Shown piece by piece: positions 1-11,235 of a stretch of 58,885 nucleotides of DNA. Each line of letters starts with the position of its first letter. The stretch's first letter is position 1. This stretch comes from a virus. Lineage: Duplodnaviria > Caudoviricetes. The notes beneath the pieces were generated by a model, which was not told the origin of the DNA, made no database searches, and worked only from the letters and a program-made list of their open reading frames with translations. The DNA is taken from the IMG/VR virus record IMGVR_UViG_3300034120_000898, positions 1 through 58,885 of that record; one strand, written 5' to 3'. The translations under genes were made by a program, and so were the position numbers.

Positions 1-1
1 A

Positions 2-541
2 GAAGGATCATATGCATTTCATAATAACAAATTAAATTCTCAGCATATTATAGATCAACTTGATAAATATCAACCAGATGGTTATCAAGAGACAGGAATG
101 AGCTTTATGAGGCATCAGAGTCTTTCTGGCAATCATTTTAAAGTTGTAAGGTCTGGGAAAATATCTATAGATAAGACTTTTGGATATACTGCTGCTAAAG
201 TTTCGGAGAAATTAGAGCCTTATGCATATTCAAATACTATTCCTCTAAGAAGTAGTGTGAAAAGAATACCCATAAATTATGGTGAGTTCACAAGTATTTC
301 AGTATACATATACAAATCTATAACTCCTAATTATGATGGGACTCCTCCAAGATTAATATTAAGACAAAATTCTTCTATAGGATATTCTTATACTGTATTG
401 GCGACTAGTATAGAACCTAATGGAATATGGGAGAAATTGTTTGCTACTCTTCCGTTTGCTACTAATGATGGTGTTATGGAAGTTTATATAGAATGCAGTG
501 CCAATTCTGGTTATGTATCTGTTGATTATTGGAATTTCTAA
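2..541 (+). CDS. 3' end of a large tail spike/fibre protein, truncated by the window edge; paralog of the C-terminus of 586..5739
   Basis: Frame is open from base 2. Shares 'PPRLILR..S.G...VL...DGV.E.Y..C....G...VD.W' with the end of the next gene. Confidence 0.75.
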   Translation, partial: EGSYAFHNNKLNSQHIIDQLDKYQPDGYQETGMSFMRHQSLSGNHFKVVRSGKISIDKTFGYTAAKVSEKLEPYAYSNTIPLRSSVKRIPINYGEFTSISVYIYKSITPNYDGTPPRLILRQNSSIGYSYTVLATSIEPNGIWEKLFATLPFATNDGVMEVYIECSANSGYVSVDYWNF

Positions 542-574
542 TATTACTGTTATGAGATTTACAAAAATAACAGA

Positions 575-580
575 TAAATA
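575..580 (+). promoter_or_regulatory. T4-type late promoter core TAAATA
   Basis: TAAATA-N5-ATG(586). Confidence 0.7.
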
Positions 581-585
581 ATAAC

Positions 586-3500
586 ATGCCATCTTATGTA
601 TATGCTTTAAGTTCTGGAGGAGATTTTACTAGTAATCAATTTTCTCCAACTTTAGATTATTATTTCAATAGAGATAATACGGTCTCGAATCACCAGCACC
701 TCCCTGCTGGTTATAAATATAGATCACAAGTTCTAGCTGCTAATAATCGTAATATAGATGGTATTCTGCTTCAGCATTATACTGGAACTAGAGATGATTC
801 TTCTATATTGTCAGCAACTATTAATGGCGTAACAAATTCATGGCGTTTAAGCGCGATGTATGATATTACTAATGTAGTCGTAAATCCTATTTATTATAAT
901 TCTACACCATCAGCTTGGAAGTATTTGAAATTTGCTAATAAAGTAACAAACCCAGGGGCTACTGTTGAAGTAGTGTTCGATGTTAGTACTGGAAATACAA
1001 TTGCGCCTGCATTTGATGTTGAAAAAGTACATATTGGATCTTTTGTTGCAAGACCAGGTGTAACAGACCCATCAAAGACTCTGACAAATAGATGGTGGCC
1101 TGCAAGTGGAGAAAATCAAGGTGGTTATTATTATTTCGATGGAACAATTAATTCGCATTTAACAGCAGATAAAGCTTTTGCGATGTCAACAGAATGGTAT
1201 TCTGCTTGTTGGCTAGTAGATAATTCGTCAAATCAATGGACTTATCATTATCCATATAATGGAAATAATTGTGGTACTCAAAATAGACTAGTTACAATAG
1301 TTCCAAATAATTATGTCGGATTGTATGTACATAATGCCTGCTATAGTTCAGGTACTATGCAGTTAAGTGGTGCTGTACCACCTACTGGTAGATGGTATTT
1401 TCTAGTAATCCAAAAACGAAATGGTCGTACTTATGCATATATAGACGGAGTACAATGTACTCGCAGAGCAGGACAACCTAATTATGAAAATCTTAATCTG
1501 TCAACAGCAGCAAGCTATTGGCTTAAATTTTATAATTTTCATGCTGGTCAATATTTTACTGGTGCTGTAGCACATCTTTCCGAGGGAGCATTAGGCGTTT
1601 ATACAGGAGATACCGAAGACTTTACGGGATTTGTTCCTAGGCTGTGGCCTTATGATTCTTGGTATACATATAACTATATTTATTTTTTTACTAGATTTAA
1701 TATGGCTTTGGTATCAGATACTTTATCATCATTATCAGCAATACCTAATTTTGGAGCGAATGATGATGTTTATATAACAAAACCGTATTATTCAAGAGAA
1801 TCTAATATTTCTAATAATACAGATCTAGTATCTATCACAGCAAATGTTAATGAAAATGTGCCTAGTATTGTTCTTGATAGAGCAGAACTTAAATTTGATC
1901 CAGCAAAAAAAGTTACGTTAACTCTAAACAATATAAAAGGACTTCAAATACAACCATATTGTGTATTGTCAATGGGAACTAAAGATAGTCCTATGTTATC
2001 AAGCGGGCATGCAGTTTTAAGTGGTACTCTTCCAATCAGATTAGATGCATATGAAAATGCAACTATAAGCATGTATGGAACAACGAAACAAAGATATGCA
2101 TATCTTGTTAATGATGCATTATCGGGTAGTAAATCATTCCAGACCACAGATGACATTTCCACCAATTGGCTACCAGGCGACACAGTACTATTTTATTATA
2201 ACACAGGAGGATCAACATTCGAAACATCCATAATAGACACGGTTTCTCCTTTTTCTTTTACAACAAGAACATCAATAAATAACACTGTATTAGGAATTAA
2301 TAAGGTTGCGATAGTACCTGCTGTATACAATTTAACTAGAAACGCAAGATTTGACTCTGTTGGCGGGTCTTTTAGTATTAGTGATTTTTCATCCGCATAT
2401 TTTGTTAATACAGAATTTAAAAATATAGGAACTAATACAATAGATGATCAGTATTTTAATAGAGTTTATAATACTGCTAATTTTTCTTTAATTTCTAGTG
2501 TATATCATTCTCCAAGTCCGTTTATTAGTGCTGGTGGAACTCAAGATATGTTATATCTTGATGGTGGTGATAGAAGCGAATTTTTGATGTATGATAATTT
2601 GTTTTATAGACATCAAAAAAGATGGATTGTATCTGGATTAACTTTTAGAAAACCTTCAAACTTTAGTAATAATTTCTTTTTGTGTGGAAGGGCAGAAGGA
2701 TTTGAGTTTTCTAATAATAGATTATATCATCCTCTTTATTTTAATAATAATGTAGCCATAGAAAATGGATACAATGGAATTGAAATGAGAGCTAATACGT
2801 TAATCGATCCTTATGTTAATTGTAATAATAATATAGCTATAGGAAATAGATACGTTGGTGCTACTTATGAATCTAATACTTTGTCTAGTTTAAGTTGTGA
2901 GAATTTTTACGGAAATAGAAATCATACAACTAATATTCAAATTCATAACAACTATATGTATAATAATGGAACTGTATATGCTCGTAATATAAGTTCTAAT
3001 AATTCAAATGTTGGATATGGGATGTATATCGAAGCTAATAGATTAGGAAGCATTTTTTTAAATGATTCGATAATTATAGATAATGCTGGAAGAGGAGTAC
3101 ATTTTGGTAATCATCTTCAAAGAGATAACACTTCTCCACAATATGTAAATTTAAGCGGTCTGTATATATTCTCAAATGGTGATAGAGGATTATACATGCA
3201 TACTAGTAATATTTATGGTAACATAAATATAAATAATTTGTCTTCTATCCAGAATCTTTATGGATTAGAACTTGATGGGTGTGATTCTTATAGTTTAAGT
3301 GCTAATAATATTATATGTAATACCAATCGAGGATATGCATTGAGATATGCAAATATAAAAAGTGGAGATGTTTATTTTAATAATATATTAGCATCTAACA
3401 ATCAATCAGATTCATTGTATTTTTATAGATCATCTGTAAGTTCTTTTGGAATTAATAATGCCTTTTTATCTTCAAACGTAGGAGGTGGAATATTTATAGA

Positions 3501-5739
3501 TACATTAACTGTTAAAGATAATTTAACTTTTACTAATATATATTCATATTTTAATAGAGCAAATAACGGAGTTTATTACTATAATATAAATTGCGATAAT
3601 TTTATTATTGATAATCAAATTGTATCAGCATGCGCCGTAAATACTGGCACTGCTGGAGGATTTAAAATAGATAGATTATATGCAAAGAATTCAATTGATA
3701 TTAATAATTTAACTGTTATAGATAATTGGTTTGTTGGAATTGATATAAAAAATATAAATCCTCGTTCATTTAAAATGAATAATGTATTAGTATCTGGAGG
3801 TAGATCTAATGCATCATATGGATTAAATGTAGATTTTATTTCTGCCGCAAGTTTAAGCTCTATAAATTTACAAAATATATCAGCAATTAATAATCCTTCT
3901 TATGGATCATTATATGATAATATCACTAGTATAAATTCTGTTTATATTAAAAATTATGTGAGTAATTTTAATAAAGGAAATGGATTTGGAATGTACATAA
4001 AAAAATCTCTTTCTGATGTAAACGTAACTTTACTTGATAGCGCATTTATATCTAATACAGGAACAGGTTGTACTATACATAATAGTTTCGATAATAAAAA
4101 TACTTCTTATTTGTATAATATAAATTCTAAATCTAATACATTAAATGGATTGAGCATTTCAGGTTCTAGTAATTATCTCAATCCTTTGAATTTAAGTTTG
4201 TTTAACTCTTATTTAAGTTCCAATTCATATGGTGGATTGGAAGCACTTAATGTATGCGGGAATATCAGTGCTACAGAAATACTAGACAATAAAAATAATA
4301 ACATCAGAGCTTTAATAGGAAATGGACCAGTTTTAATAGATTCTCTAACTTCTTATTATAATAATGTTGTAACAAAAAATCTTACTGGATATGGAAACGG
4401 AGGATTAACTTTATCTTCTTCTTCTCCATTCCCAACAGGAAACGATTCCTTGTATTTTAACGGAACTAACTATTTGGTTGCTCCTGCTAGCAATGATTAT
4501 GTATTCAATGGTAATTTTACTATTGAATTTTTTATAAATTTAAGAAATAATCCTGGTTGTACTTATTTAGATCAATGGTTTGGTAGTAGTGGTTGGCAGA
4601 TTGGTAATAACGGCAGCAAAACATTACAATGGTTCTATGATGGAACTAAAGTCTTAAATGGTCCAGTAATTTCATTAAATCAATGGAATCACATTGCATT
4701 GGTAAGAAATTCTAATAGATTAGGCTTGTATGTTAACGGTTTATCTACTACTGGAGTATTTTTTAGTGGTGGAATGGGTAGAAATGATTTGCTATATATA
4801 GGAGCGCAAAGATATTTGGGTCCGATATTCTTTGCGCCTATGTGGTTGTCTAATGTTCGTATTGTAAATAATGCTGCATTATATACAACATTATCATTTA
4901 CTCCACCAAGTTCTAAATTAGGTTCTACAGCAGGAAACGTAGCATTCTTATATCAGTATCCTTATGGGATACCATACACCTCGTTTCTAGGTCCAGCTAC
5001 TAGAAGTAATATATCTTTGTCTGGAATTAATTATCATACATTCTATATCAAAAATTCGAAATTGCATGATTCGGGATTTAGTTATTTTGCTGCTCCCGCA
5101 TTATTTTTTGATGCAACTAATTACAAACAATTTTATATTGATAATTCTAATGCTGGAAGTTCTCAATTAGGGGCTAAATCCATGACATATGGATCTTACA
5201 CTTTTAATAATTGTGCATTTAATAATATTCCAATACAAAATGGATTAGCTGGATTGTATCAACCTAATGCTTCGAAAACTACGGGTTGGGCTTATATGAA
5301 TTATAATCAAACAAGTGGTTATCATGTAACATACTATGCTAATGGATCTAGAATGATTGATACATCAATACATAATGATAACTATGTATCTGAAAGATTA
5401 ACTCCTACTAGTAGAACAGAGAAACTAAAAAGTGCTAGTAAGTTCGTAGCATTAAACAATGGAGATACTACATTTATTAGTGTATTTATCAGAAAATCTA
5501 CACTAGCTTCTGATGGTGAGGCTTATAATGGAAATCCTCCTAGATTAATCTTGAGACGAAATGTTTCTATGGGAATATATGATGATATTGTATTAGGAGA
5601 ATACGTTGCTACATCTGATTTGTTCCAACCGATAATTAATACCACACCAACAGTTATAGATGACGGTGTGTTAGAGTTTTATGTTGATTGTGACGGAACA
5701 CAAGGATGGATTAATGTTGATACTTGGTCTGCACAATAA
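586..5739 (+). CDS. 1717-aa tail spike/adhesin: LamG-like domain, G8/CEMIP-like region, long parallel beta-helix, second LamG, conserved C-terminal domain
   Basis: LamG motifs 'WYFLVIQKRNGRTYAYIDG' and 'FTIEFFIN...WNHIALVRNSNRLGLYVNG'. G8-like 'LSMGTKDSP...WLPGDTVLF...VYNLTRN'. Asn-rich N.xxNN.xxG beta-helix repeats. Confidence 0.7.
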   Translation: MPSYVYALSSGGDFTSNQFSPTLDYYFNRDNTVSNHQHLPAGYKYRSQVLAANNRNIDGILLQHYTGTRDDSSILSATINGVTNSWRLSAMYDITNVVVNPIYYNSTPSAWKYLKFANKVTNPGATVEVVFDVSTGNTIAPAFDVEKVHIGSFVARPGVTDPSKTLTNRWWPASGENQGGYYYFDGTINSHLTADKAFAMSTEWYSACWLVDNSSNQWTYHYPYNGNNCGTQNRLVTIVPNNYVGLYVHNACYSSGTMQLSGAVPPTGRWYFLVIQKRNGRTYAYIDGVQCTRRAGQPNYENLNLSTAASYWLKFYNFHAGQYFTGAVAHLSEGALGVYTGDTEDFTGFVPRLWPYDSWYTYNYIYFFTRFNMALVSDTLSSLSAIPNFGANDDVYITKPYYSRESNISNNTDLVSITANVNENVPSIVLDRAELKFDPAKKVTLTLNNIKGLQIQPYCVLSMGTKDSPMLSSGHAVLSGTLPIRLDAYENATISMYGTTKQRYAYLVNDALSGSKSFQTTDDISTNWLPGDTVLFYYNTGGSTFETSIIDTVSPFSFTTRTSINNTVLGINKVAIVPAVYNLTRNARFDSVGGSFSISDFSSAYFVNTEFKNIGTNTIDDQYFNRVYNTANFSLISSVYHSPSPFISAGGTQDMLYLDGGDRSEFLMYDNLFYRHQKRWIVSGLTFRKPSNFSNNFFLCGRAEGFEFSNNRLYHPLYFNNNVAIENGYNGIEMRANTLIDPYVNCNNNIAIGNRYVGATYESNTLSSLSCENFYGNRNHTTNIQIHNNYMYNNGTVYARNISSNNSNVGYGMYIEANRLGSIFLNDSIIIDNAGRGVHFGNHLQRDNTSPQYVNLSGLYIFSNGDRGLYMHTSNIYGNININNLSSIQNLYGLELDGCDSYSLSANNIICNTNRGYALRYANIKSGDVYFNNILASNNQSDSLYFYRSSVSSFGINNAFLSSNVGGGIFIDTLTVKDNLTFTNIYSYFNRANNGVYYYNINCDNFIIDNQIVSACAVNTGTAGGFKIDRLYAKNSIDINNLTVIDNWFVGIDIKNINPRSFKMNNVLVSGGRSNASYGLNVDFISAASLSSINLQNISAINNPSYGSLYDNITSINSVYIKNYVSNFNKGNGFGMYIKKSLSDVNVTLLDSAFISNTGTGCTIHNSFDNKNTSYLYNINSKSNTLNGLSISGSSNYLNPLNLSLFNSYLSSNSYGGLEALNVCGNISATEILDNKNNNIRALIGNGPVLIDSLTSYYNNVVTKNLTGYGNGGLTLSSSSPFPTGNDSLYFNGTNYLVAPASNDYVFNGNFTIEFFINLRNNPGCTYLDQWFGSSGWQIGNNGSKTLQWFYDGTKVLNGPVISLNQWNHIALVRNSNRLGLYVNGLSTTGVFFSGGMGRNDLLYIGAQRYLGPIFFAPMWLSNVRIVNNAALYTTLSFTPPSSKLGSTAGNVAFLYQYPYGIPYTSFLGPATRSNISLSGINYHTFYIKNSKLHDSGFSYFAAPALFFDATNYKQFYIDNSNAGSSQLGAKSMTYGSYTFNNCAFNNIPIQNGLAGLYQPNASKTTGWAYMNYNQTSGYHVTYYANGSRMIDTSIHNDNYVSERLTPTSRTEKLKSASKFVALNNGDTTFISVFIRKSTLASDGEAYNGNPPRLILRRNVSMGIYDDIVLGEYVATSDLFQPIINTTPTVIDDGVLEFYVDCDGTQGWINVDTWSAQ

Positions 5740-5742
5740 ATA
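5737..5742 (+). promoter_or_regulatory. late promoter core TAAATA overlapping the upstream TAA stop
   Basis: TAAATA-N5-ATG(5748). Confidence 0.7.
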
Positions 5743-5747
5743 ATAAT

Positions 5748-5939
5748 ATGGCTAATAGAAATGTAAATAACTTGCTGTCTTTTTGGTTTGATGGATCATC
5801 TTCATCAAGTATTAAAACCAAAGCAAATTCTTATACAGGATTACAAGCATATTGGATTGATGGTGCTCCCACAGGGTTTATAGGAGCAATAGCTAGAAAT
5901 CCAGTGCCTAGAACATATTCTATATTAATAAATTTCTAA
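5748..5939 (+). CDS. small hypothetical protein (63 aa), start revised to ATG 5748
   Basis: The promoter motif fixes the start. Internal duplicated FWFDG/YWIDG motif. Confidence 0.65.
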   Translation: MANRNVNNLLSFWFDGSSSSSIKTKANSYTGLQAYWIDGAPTGFIGAIARNPVPRTYSILINF

Positions 5940-5960
5940 TATAGTATAAATAAAAAAAAT

Positions 5961-5997
5961 AAAAACCCCGCTTACCATTCAGTAAGCGGGGTTTTTT
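5961..5997. terminator. bidirectional rho-independent terminator
   Basis: AAAAACCCCGCTTAC-cattca-GTAAGCGGGGTTTTTT perfect hairpin with A/T tracts on both sides, between convergent genes. Confidence 0.9.
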
Positions 5998-6016
5998 GGC
6001 TATATTACTAGTAATA

Positions 6017-9000
6017 TTATATCTTAATACATCTTAGACTTATTGTTACGTTTCCTGCATTATCATTTACCAATAGATTAAATTTCAATATAGTGTCTTG
6101 TTCTAAAATTGGTTTCCAATTTACTAATGTACTATTTGTATTTTTGGTAGCCCTATTAGATTTGATATAATCATTATTTGCATTATTGTCACCAGAAATT
6201 CTATCGAAAACTGGATAATTAGCAAATGTTGATGATAAAATTTCGACATATACTGTTGCAGATCTATCATTCATTAATGACCAACTAGAAACCAATACTT
6301 TTGCTGGTATTTGTATTACTCCAGTAGATCCACTAGCAACAACATCTCCTCCACCATCAAAAACGAAATTAAGTTGAGAAGAACCTACTGTTCCTGATGT
6401 AGCTCTTATGTAACTATAAGCAGAATCATAAGATGAAGATTTTGATCTGAATAAAGTGTCTGTTCCTATCTTACTAGAATTGGTATTTAAGAAAGTATAA
6501 GAATTTATTAATGTCGCTGTTTGTGATACGGTTGTAGCGTAGGCTGAATCGTATAATGGTTTGGTAACACTAAAGAAATTGCTTACATTGTCACACACAG
6601 ATCTTACATAAGTATCTGTGCTATCATACCCTGCTTTAGCTAAGAATATGCTATTTATATTTGATCCACTTAATGTTAAGTAAGCTGCGGCAGCTTCGTA
6701 TGTAGCAGACATTGTGGTGAATGCTAAAAACTCTGGTGGGGTGAACCCATATATCATACCCGTAGCAGAAATATCTCCTACTACAGTTAATGCTTTATTA
6801 GGCAGCGATGTATTTATACCTACTTTATTATTAGGATCTATATAAAGAACAGCAGAACCATTATAGGTAAATGTTCCTAGTGCTCCACTTAACTGGGTTT
6901 TAGTTACGACTAATGCATCAGTAAATCCAGTGTTATATATATTAAATGCGGTTGCAGGACTTGTGCTCGAAGTAGATAGTGCTACTATTTGTCCTAAAGC
7001 AGATAAGGTTCCGTATATTATTGCACCCGAAGCAACATACAAATTGTTGGCATAATAATCTTGTGAACTAGAACCCGACAACCATCTGGCAGAATTATTA
7101 TAAATTATGTTGTAAGGAGCAACCCATGCTGCCGAATTACTACTAATTACGTTTGTTAATGCTTCCCAAGCACCTGTGTTTGCGGTTAATACCGTATAGA
7201 AAACATTATATCTGTCATATGCAGCAGATAAACTGTTCCAATAACCAGAGAAGGAACATATTGTGTTATAAACACTTGTCCAATAACCAGAATTAGCACT
7301 TAAAGTAGTTACATCGGATAAGCTGCTCCAATAACCAGAATAAGCACAGACTGTAGTATAAGTAGAATCCCATCTTGCAGAATTATCATTATAATCAGTA
7401 TTAATCGAAGTTAGATAACTGTATGTATTGTTCCAATTTCCAGAAGATTGTGATAATTTAGTATATGAATCTGTCCAGTTACCAGAATTTGTATTTACAA
7501 CACTTACTAAATTAGAGTTGTCCCAATTTCCAGAATTAGCCTTGATATAAGTATAAGCAATCTGCCAATCACCAGAATATGTTTTATAAGCATTAGCTAC
7601 AGACAATACATCTATAATATTTTGGTTCCATGCAGCAGAACTAGCGGTAACTATGTTGAATGCATTTGTCCATTTAGCAGAGTTATTAGCTATTAAGTTT
7701 GTTATTGATATATTGTTAACAGGATCGTACCATAAAGCAGAATTTGCAGTTAATATAGTATAAGCTGCATCATAATATCCTTTGTTTTTATAAACATCTT
7801 CCCATCCTGCTGAATATGTGCTTATTATTGTATAAGCAACATTACTATTATCCCAGTAACCAGAAAACGAGCAAACTGTATTATAAGTTGAATCCCAATT
7901 TCCAGAGTATTGAGCATAATTAGTACTAAGTATACTCAATATAGAAGCAGATGACTGCCAATTGGCAGAATTGGTGCTTACTATAGTATAAGTAGAATTC
8001 CAATTAGCAGATCCACTAGTTAACAACGAAACCAATAATGCTGTACCCCAATTTGCAGAATTATCAACCATTGTGGTATATGCAGTTTGCCAACTAGCTG
8101 ATAAAGAACACACACTATAATAAGCAGCATCATAGCTTGATTTTCTTAAAAGCATCTTCTGCCAATCAGCAGAGTTGCTACTAAGGAATGAGGTTAAGTA
8201 TGAAACATCCCATTCAGCAGATTTTGCTGATAATATTGTGTAAACTTGATCCCAATTACCAGAATTTGCTGTTAATGTATTTAATCCATTATTAAATACC
8301 GACATTTTATAATATAATGTATTCCAATTTGCTGAATTAGAAGATATTATAGTACCTAAAGTTCCTATATCCCAAGTGTTATATGTGGAAGAAACTATAT
8401 CAGATGCAGTTTTCCATGCACCAGAGTAAGCACATACAGTATTATAAGTACTATCGTATGCAGATTTTTGTCTATATACAGAATTCCAATTTGCAGAATT
8501 TACAGATAGAATGGTAGTTAATGAAGTAACATCCCATTTAGCAGAATTTGCAGATATTACAGTATATGCATTAGTCCACAATCCAGAATAAGCACATACA
8601 GTACTATATGTGCTATCATATGCGGATTTCTGCCTATATACAGAACTCCAATTCGCAGAATTTACAGATAGAATGGTAGTTATTGTTTTTGTGTCCCATG
8701 CCGCAGAGTTTACACAAAGTACAGTATATGCAGTTGTCCATATTCCAGAATAAGCACATACAGTATTATAAGTACTATCGTATGCAGATTTTTGTCTATA
8801 CACAGAATTCCAATTTCCAGAATTAGCAGACAATATGCTTCTTAAAGAATTTTCATTCCAAAAAGCCGAATAGGTACATACTACATTAGTAGTCATATCC
8901 CATAATCCTGAATTGGTGGAAAAGTTTGTACTTAATGCAGTTAGCAACAATAAAGAATTAGTCCATCTTGATGAGTTAGCACATATTATAGTGTAAGAAG

Positions 9001-11224
9001 TATACCAATCACCAGAATTTGCATTTATTAAATTTCTTATTGTTGTTGTATCCCAAGAAGCAGAATAACCACATAAGATATTATAAGTGTCAGTCCAAGA
9101 ACCAGAAAAGACGTTATAGTTAGAATATAGTGGACCTATTTGGTTTGCCGCATCATTCCATTCTGCGGAATTAGCACATACTACATTATAAGTATTAACC
9201 CAAGCAGCAGAATATGCTTGGAATTGAGCAGAAACTGGAGAGAAATACGAAGCAACATCATTAAAGTTTGTTTGATTGTTGTTTATATAAGTTACTCCTG
9301 CATCATATAAACTTTTTTGGTTGTATACTGATTCCCAATTACCAGAATTAGATAATATTAAATTATTAAGATTATCTATATTCCATTTAGAAGAATTAGC
9401 GCATACCGTTGTGTATGTGGTATCCCAATTAGAGGAGTTTGCAGCATATTGTGTACTAATAGTTGCTAATGTAGTTCCTGCGCCACTCCAATTTGCAGAT
9501 AACGAACAAACTGTTTGATAATTAGTATCCCAATATCCAGAATTTATTAATAATAAATCTTTTATTGGTGTGATATCCCATGTGGATGAAAACGAACAAA
9601 CTGTAGTATAAGCAGTCTGCCAGCTACCAGAGCTTCCAGCATAACTAGTGCTTAACTGATCTAACGTAGATTTTGCAGTCTCCCAAGATCCAGAACTGGA
9701 TTGTAATGTATTATAACCATCGTTCCATTTACTGGAATTAGCACTTACATAAGTAAATAACGATCCTGTATCCCATGATGCAGAGTATCCACATACAGTA
9801 GTGTATGTAGAATCCCAATTACCAGAATTAGTATTATAATTTGATCTTAATATTACTATGTCATTATTGCTATTTTCCCATCTTCCAGAAGATGTTTGAA
9901 GAGTATTATATGCATCATTCCATCTACCTGATTGTGATTGAAATTCCGAAGAAACCACAGCAAAATTAGCAGCAACAAAATTCCAAGTTGCAGAATTAGA
10001 ACATAAAACTGTATACATACTATCGTATACAGATTGTCTAAAATACACAGAATTCCAATTAGCAGATCCTGATGTTAATATTGATAAAGCTGTTAAATCA
10101 GACCATACACCAGATTGTTGTTGAGTGGTTAAATACGCACTCTCCCAATTACCAGAATATGTCATATACTCTGTTGATAAAGAAGAAAGAGTGTTTCTTG
10201 CTGCTTCATTTAAGCCAGATATATCTCTTGTTGTGACGTATGCTGTGTTCCAATCTGCACTATAGGAAGTTAAAATTGATATGATTTGTGTTTTATCCCA
10301 TGAGGCTGAATAAGAACACACAGTATTATATGCGCTATCCCAATTACCAGAATTAGAGCTATATGCATTTGTTAAATTATATAAATCTGTTATTCCTTGT
10401 TCCCATGATGCAGATTTTGAACATATAGTAGTATATGTGTTGATCCAATTTGCAGAATTATTAAAAAATATAGTTGATAATGGCTCGTAATGAGTGGATA
10501 CTAGCAACCAATAACCTGAATTAGCAGCTACAGTAGAAGCCATGCTATCATATGTTGGTTTTAGATTGAAAACAGAATTCCAATTTGCAGAATTTGCTTC
10601 TACTACAGAAGCTGCACTATCGAATCTATAAGCATTTATTCTCATCCATTGTCCGCTATTAGCATTCAATGTTGCATATGCACTATCCCATCTTCCACTT
10701 GCCACGGAAATAACAGTAGCTGTAGCCTCTAATGAGGTTAATTGCTGCATTATCCCATGTGGGTATCTTATCATCGATCCATTTACTGTGGTAACAGTAA
10801 GCGAACCTGTAGTTTGATATTGACCATCACTTATGGTGTAAATTATACTGTCAGTAGAATCAAATCCATAAGATTTATAATATATTACGTTGTCTTTGAA
10901 CCATGCTCTACCATAATAAGGTTCTGATATATCAACAAGCTTTAATCCAACTACTAAATTATCTGGATCTGATATGTATGGCGTAATATCTATTTTAAGA
11001 TCATCATCAGTATTTCCAGAAAGCGTTATATTTCCTGCTGTGGGTGGCTGGTTTACTATATCTACATAATTTGTTAAGACTTTTGTAACTCCATTTTCAA
11101 CAGAAGTGTATATATAGTAATCTTTTCCTGTAAAACCTTGATTCGGGGTGTATATAAATCTAGTACCATTCCAGTACACCGTACCGTACAAAGGTTTCTT
11201 GTTAATAGTAACATTAATAGCCAT
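6017..11224 (-). CDS. 1735-aa fibre: N-terminal cadherin-like/Big_9 Ig domains, ~1200-aa Trp-repeat (NSxxW) stalk, fibre beta-motif and C-terminal domain
   Basis: 'PLYGTVYWNGTRFIYTPNQGFTGKD...NQPPTA' Ig signature; dozens of S/ANS.xW..xY.TV repeats; 'VGINTSLPNKALTVVGDISATG'. Confidence 0.75.
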   Translation of the reverse strand: MAINVTINKKPLYGTVYWNGTRFIYTPNQGFTGKDYYIYTSVENGVTKVLTNYVDIVNQPPTAGNITLSGNTDDDLKIDITPYISDPDNLVVGLKLVDISEPYYGRAWFKDNVIYYKSYGFDSTDSIIYTISDGQYQTTGSLTVTTVNGSMIRYPHGIMQQLTSLEATATVISVASGRWDSAYATLNANSGQWMRINAYRFDSAASVVEANSANWNSVFNLKPTYDSMASTVAANSGYWLLVSTHYEPLSTIFFNNSANWINTYTTICSKSASWEQGITDLYNLTNAYSSNSGNWDSAYNTVCSYSASWDKTQIISILTSYSADWNTAYVTTRDISGLNEAARNTLSSLSTEYMTYSGNWESAYLTTQQQSGVWSDLTALSILTSGSANWNSVYFRQSVYDSMYTVLCSNSATWNFVAANFAVVSSEFQSQSGRWNDAYNTLQTSSGRWENSNNDIVILRSNYNTNSGNWDSTYTTVCGYSASWDTGSLFTYVSANSSKWNDGYNTLQSSSGSWETAKSTLDQLSTSYAGSSGSWQTAYTTVCSFSSTWDITPIKDLLLINSGYWDTNYQTVCSLSANWSGAGTTLATISTQYAANSSNWDTTYTTVCANSSKWNIDNLNNLILSNSGNWESVYNQKSLYDAGVTYINNNQTNFNDVASYFSPVSAQFQAYSAAWVNTYNVVCANSAEWNDAANQIGPLYSNYNVFSGSWTDTYNILCGYSASWDTTTIRNLINANSGDWYTSYTIICANSSRWTNSLLLLTALSTNFSTNSGLWDMTTNVVCTYSAFWNENSLRSILSANSGNWNSVYRQKSAYDSTYNTVCAYSGIWTTAYTVLCVNSAAWDTKTITTILSVNSANWSSVYRQKSAYDSTYSTVCAYSGLWTNAYTVISANSAKWDVTSLTTILSVNSANWNSVYRQKSAYDSTYNTVCAYSGAWKTASDIVSSTYNTWDIGTLGTIISSNSANWNTLYYKMSVFNNGLNTLTANSGNWDQVYTILSAKSAEWDVSYLTSFLSSNSADWQKMLLRKSSYDAAYYSVCSLSASWQTAYTTMVDNSANWGTALLVSLLTSGSANWNSTYTIVSTNSANWQSSASILSILSTNYAQYSGNWDSTYNTVCSFSGYWDNSNVAYTIISTYSAGWEDVYKNKGYYDAAYTILTANSALWYDPVNNISITNLIANNSAKWTNAFNIVTASSAAWNQNIIDVLSVANAYKTYSGDWQIAYTYIKANSGNWDNSNLVSVVNTNSGNWTDSYTKLSQSSGNWNNTYSYLTSINTDYNDNSARWDSTYTTVCAYSGYWSSLSDVTTLSANSGYWTSVYNTICSFSGYWNSLSAAYDRYNVFYTVLTANTGAWEALTNVISSNSAAWVAPYNIIYNNSARWLSGSSSQDYYANNLYVASGAIIYGTLSALGQIVALSTSSTSPATAFNIYNTGFTDALVVTKTQLSGALGTFTYNGSAVLYIDPNNKVGINTSLPNKALTVVGDISATGMIYGFTPPEFLAFTTMSATYEAAAAYLTLSGSNINSIFLAKAGYDSTDTYVRSVCDNVSNFFSVTKPLYDSAYATTVSQTATLINSYTFLNTNSSKIGTDTLFRSKSSSYDSAYSYIRATSGTVGSSQLNFVFDGGGDVVASGSTGVIQIPAKVLVSSWSLMNDRSATVYVEILSSTFANYPVFDRISGDNNANNDYIKSNRATKNTNSTLVNWKPILEQDTILKFNLLVNDNAGNVTISLRCIKI
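8421..8834 (-). repeat. three imperfect intragenic direct repeats, 162-bp (54-aa) period
   Basis: Copies begin at 8421, 8583 and 8745, encoding LS(V/A)NS(A/G)NW.SVYRQKSAYDSTY.TVCAYSG. Confidence 0.85.
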
Positions 11225-11229
11225 AAGTA

Positions 11230-11235
11230 TATTTA
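11230..11235 (-). promoter_or_regulatory. late promoter core TAAATA overlapping the upstream stop
   Basis: TAAATA-N5-ATG(11224). Confidence 0.7.
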
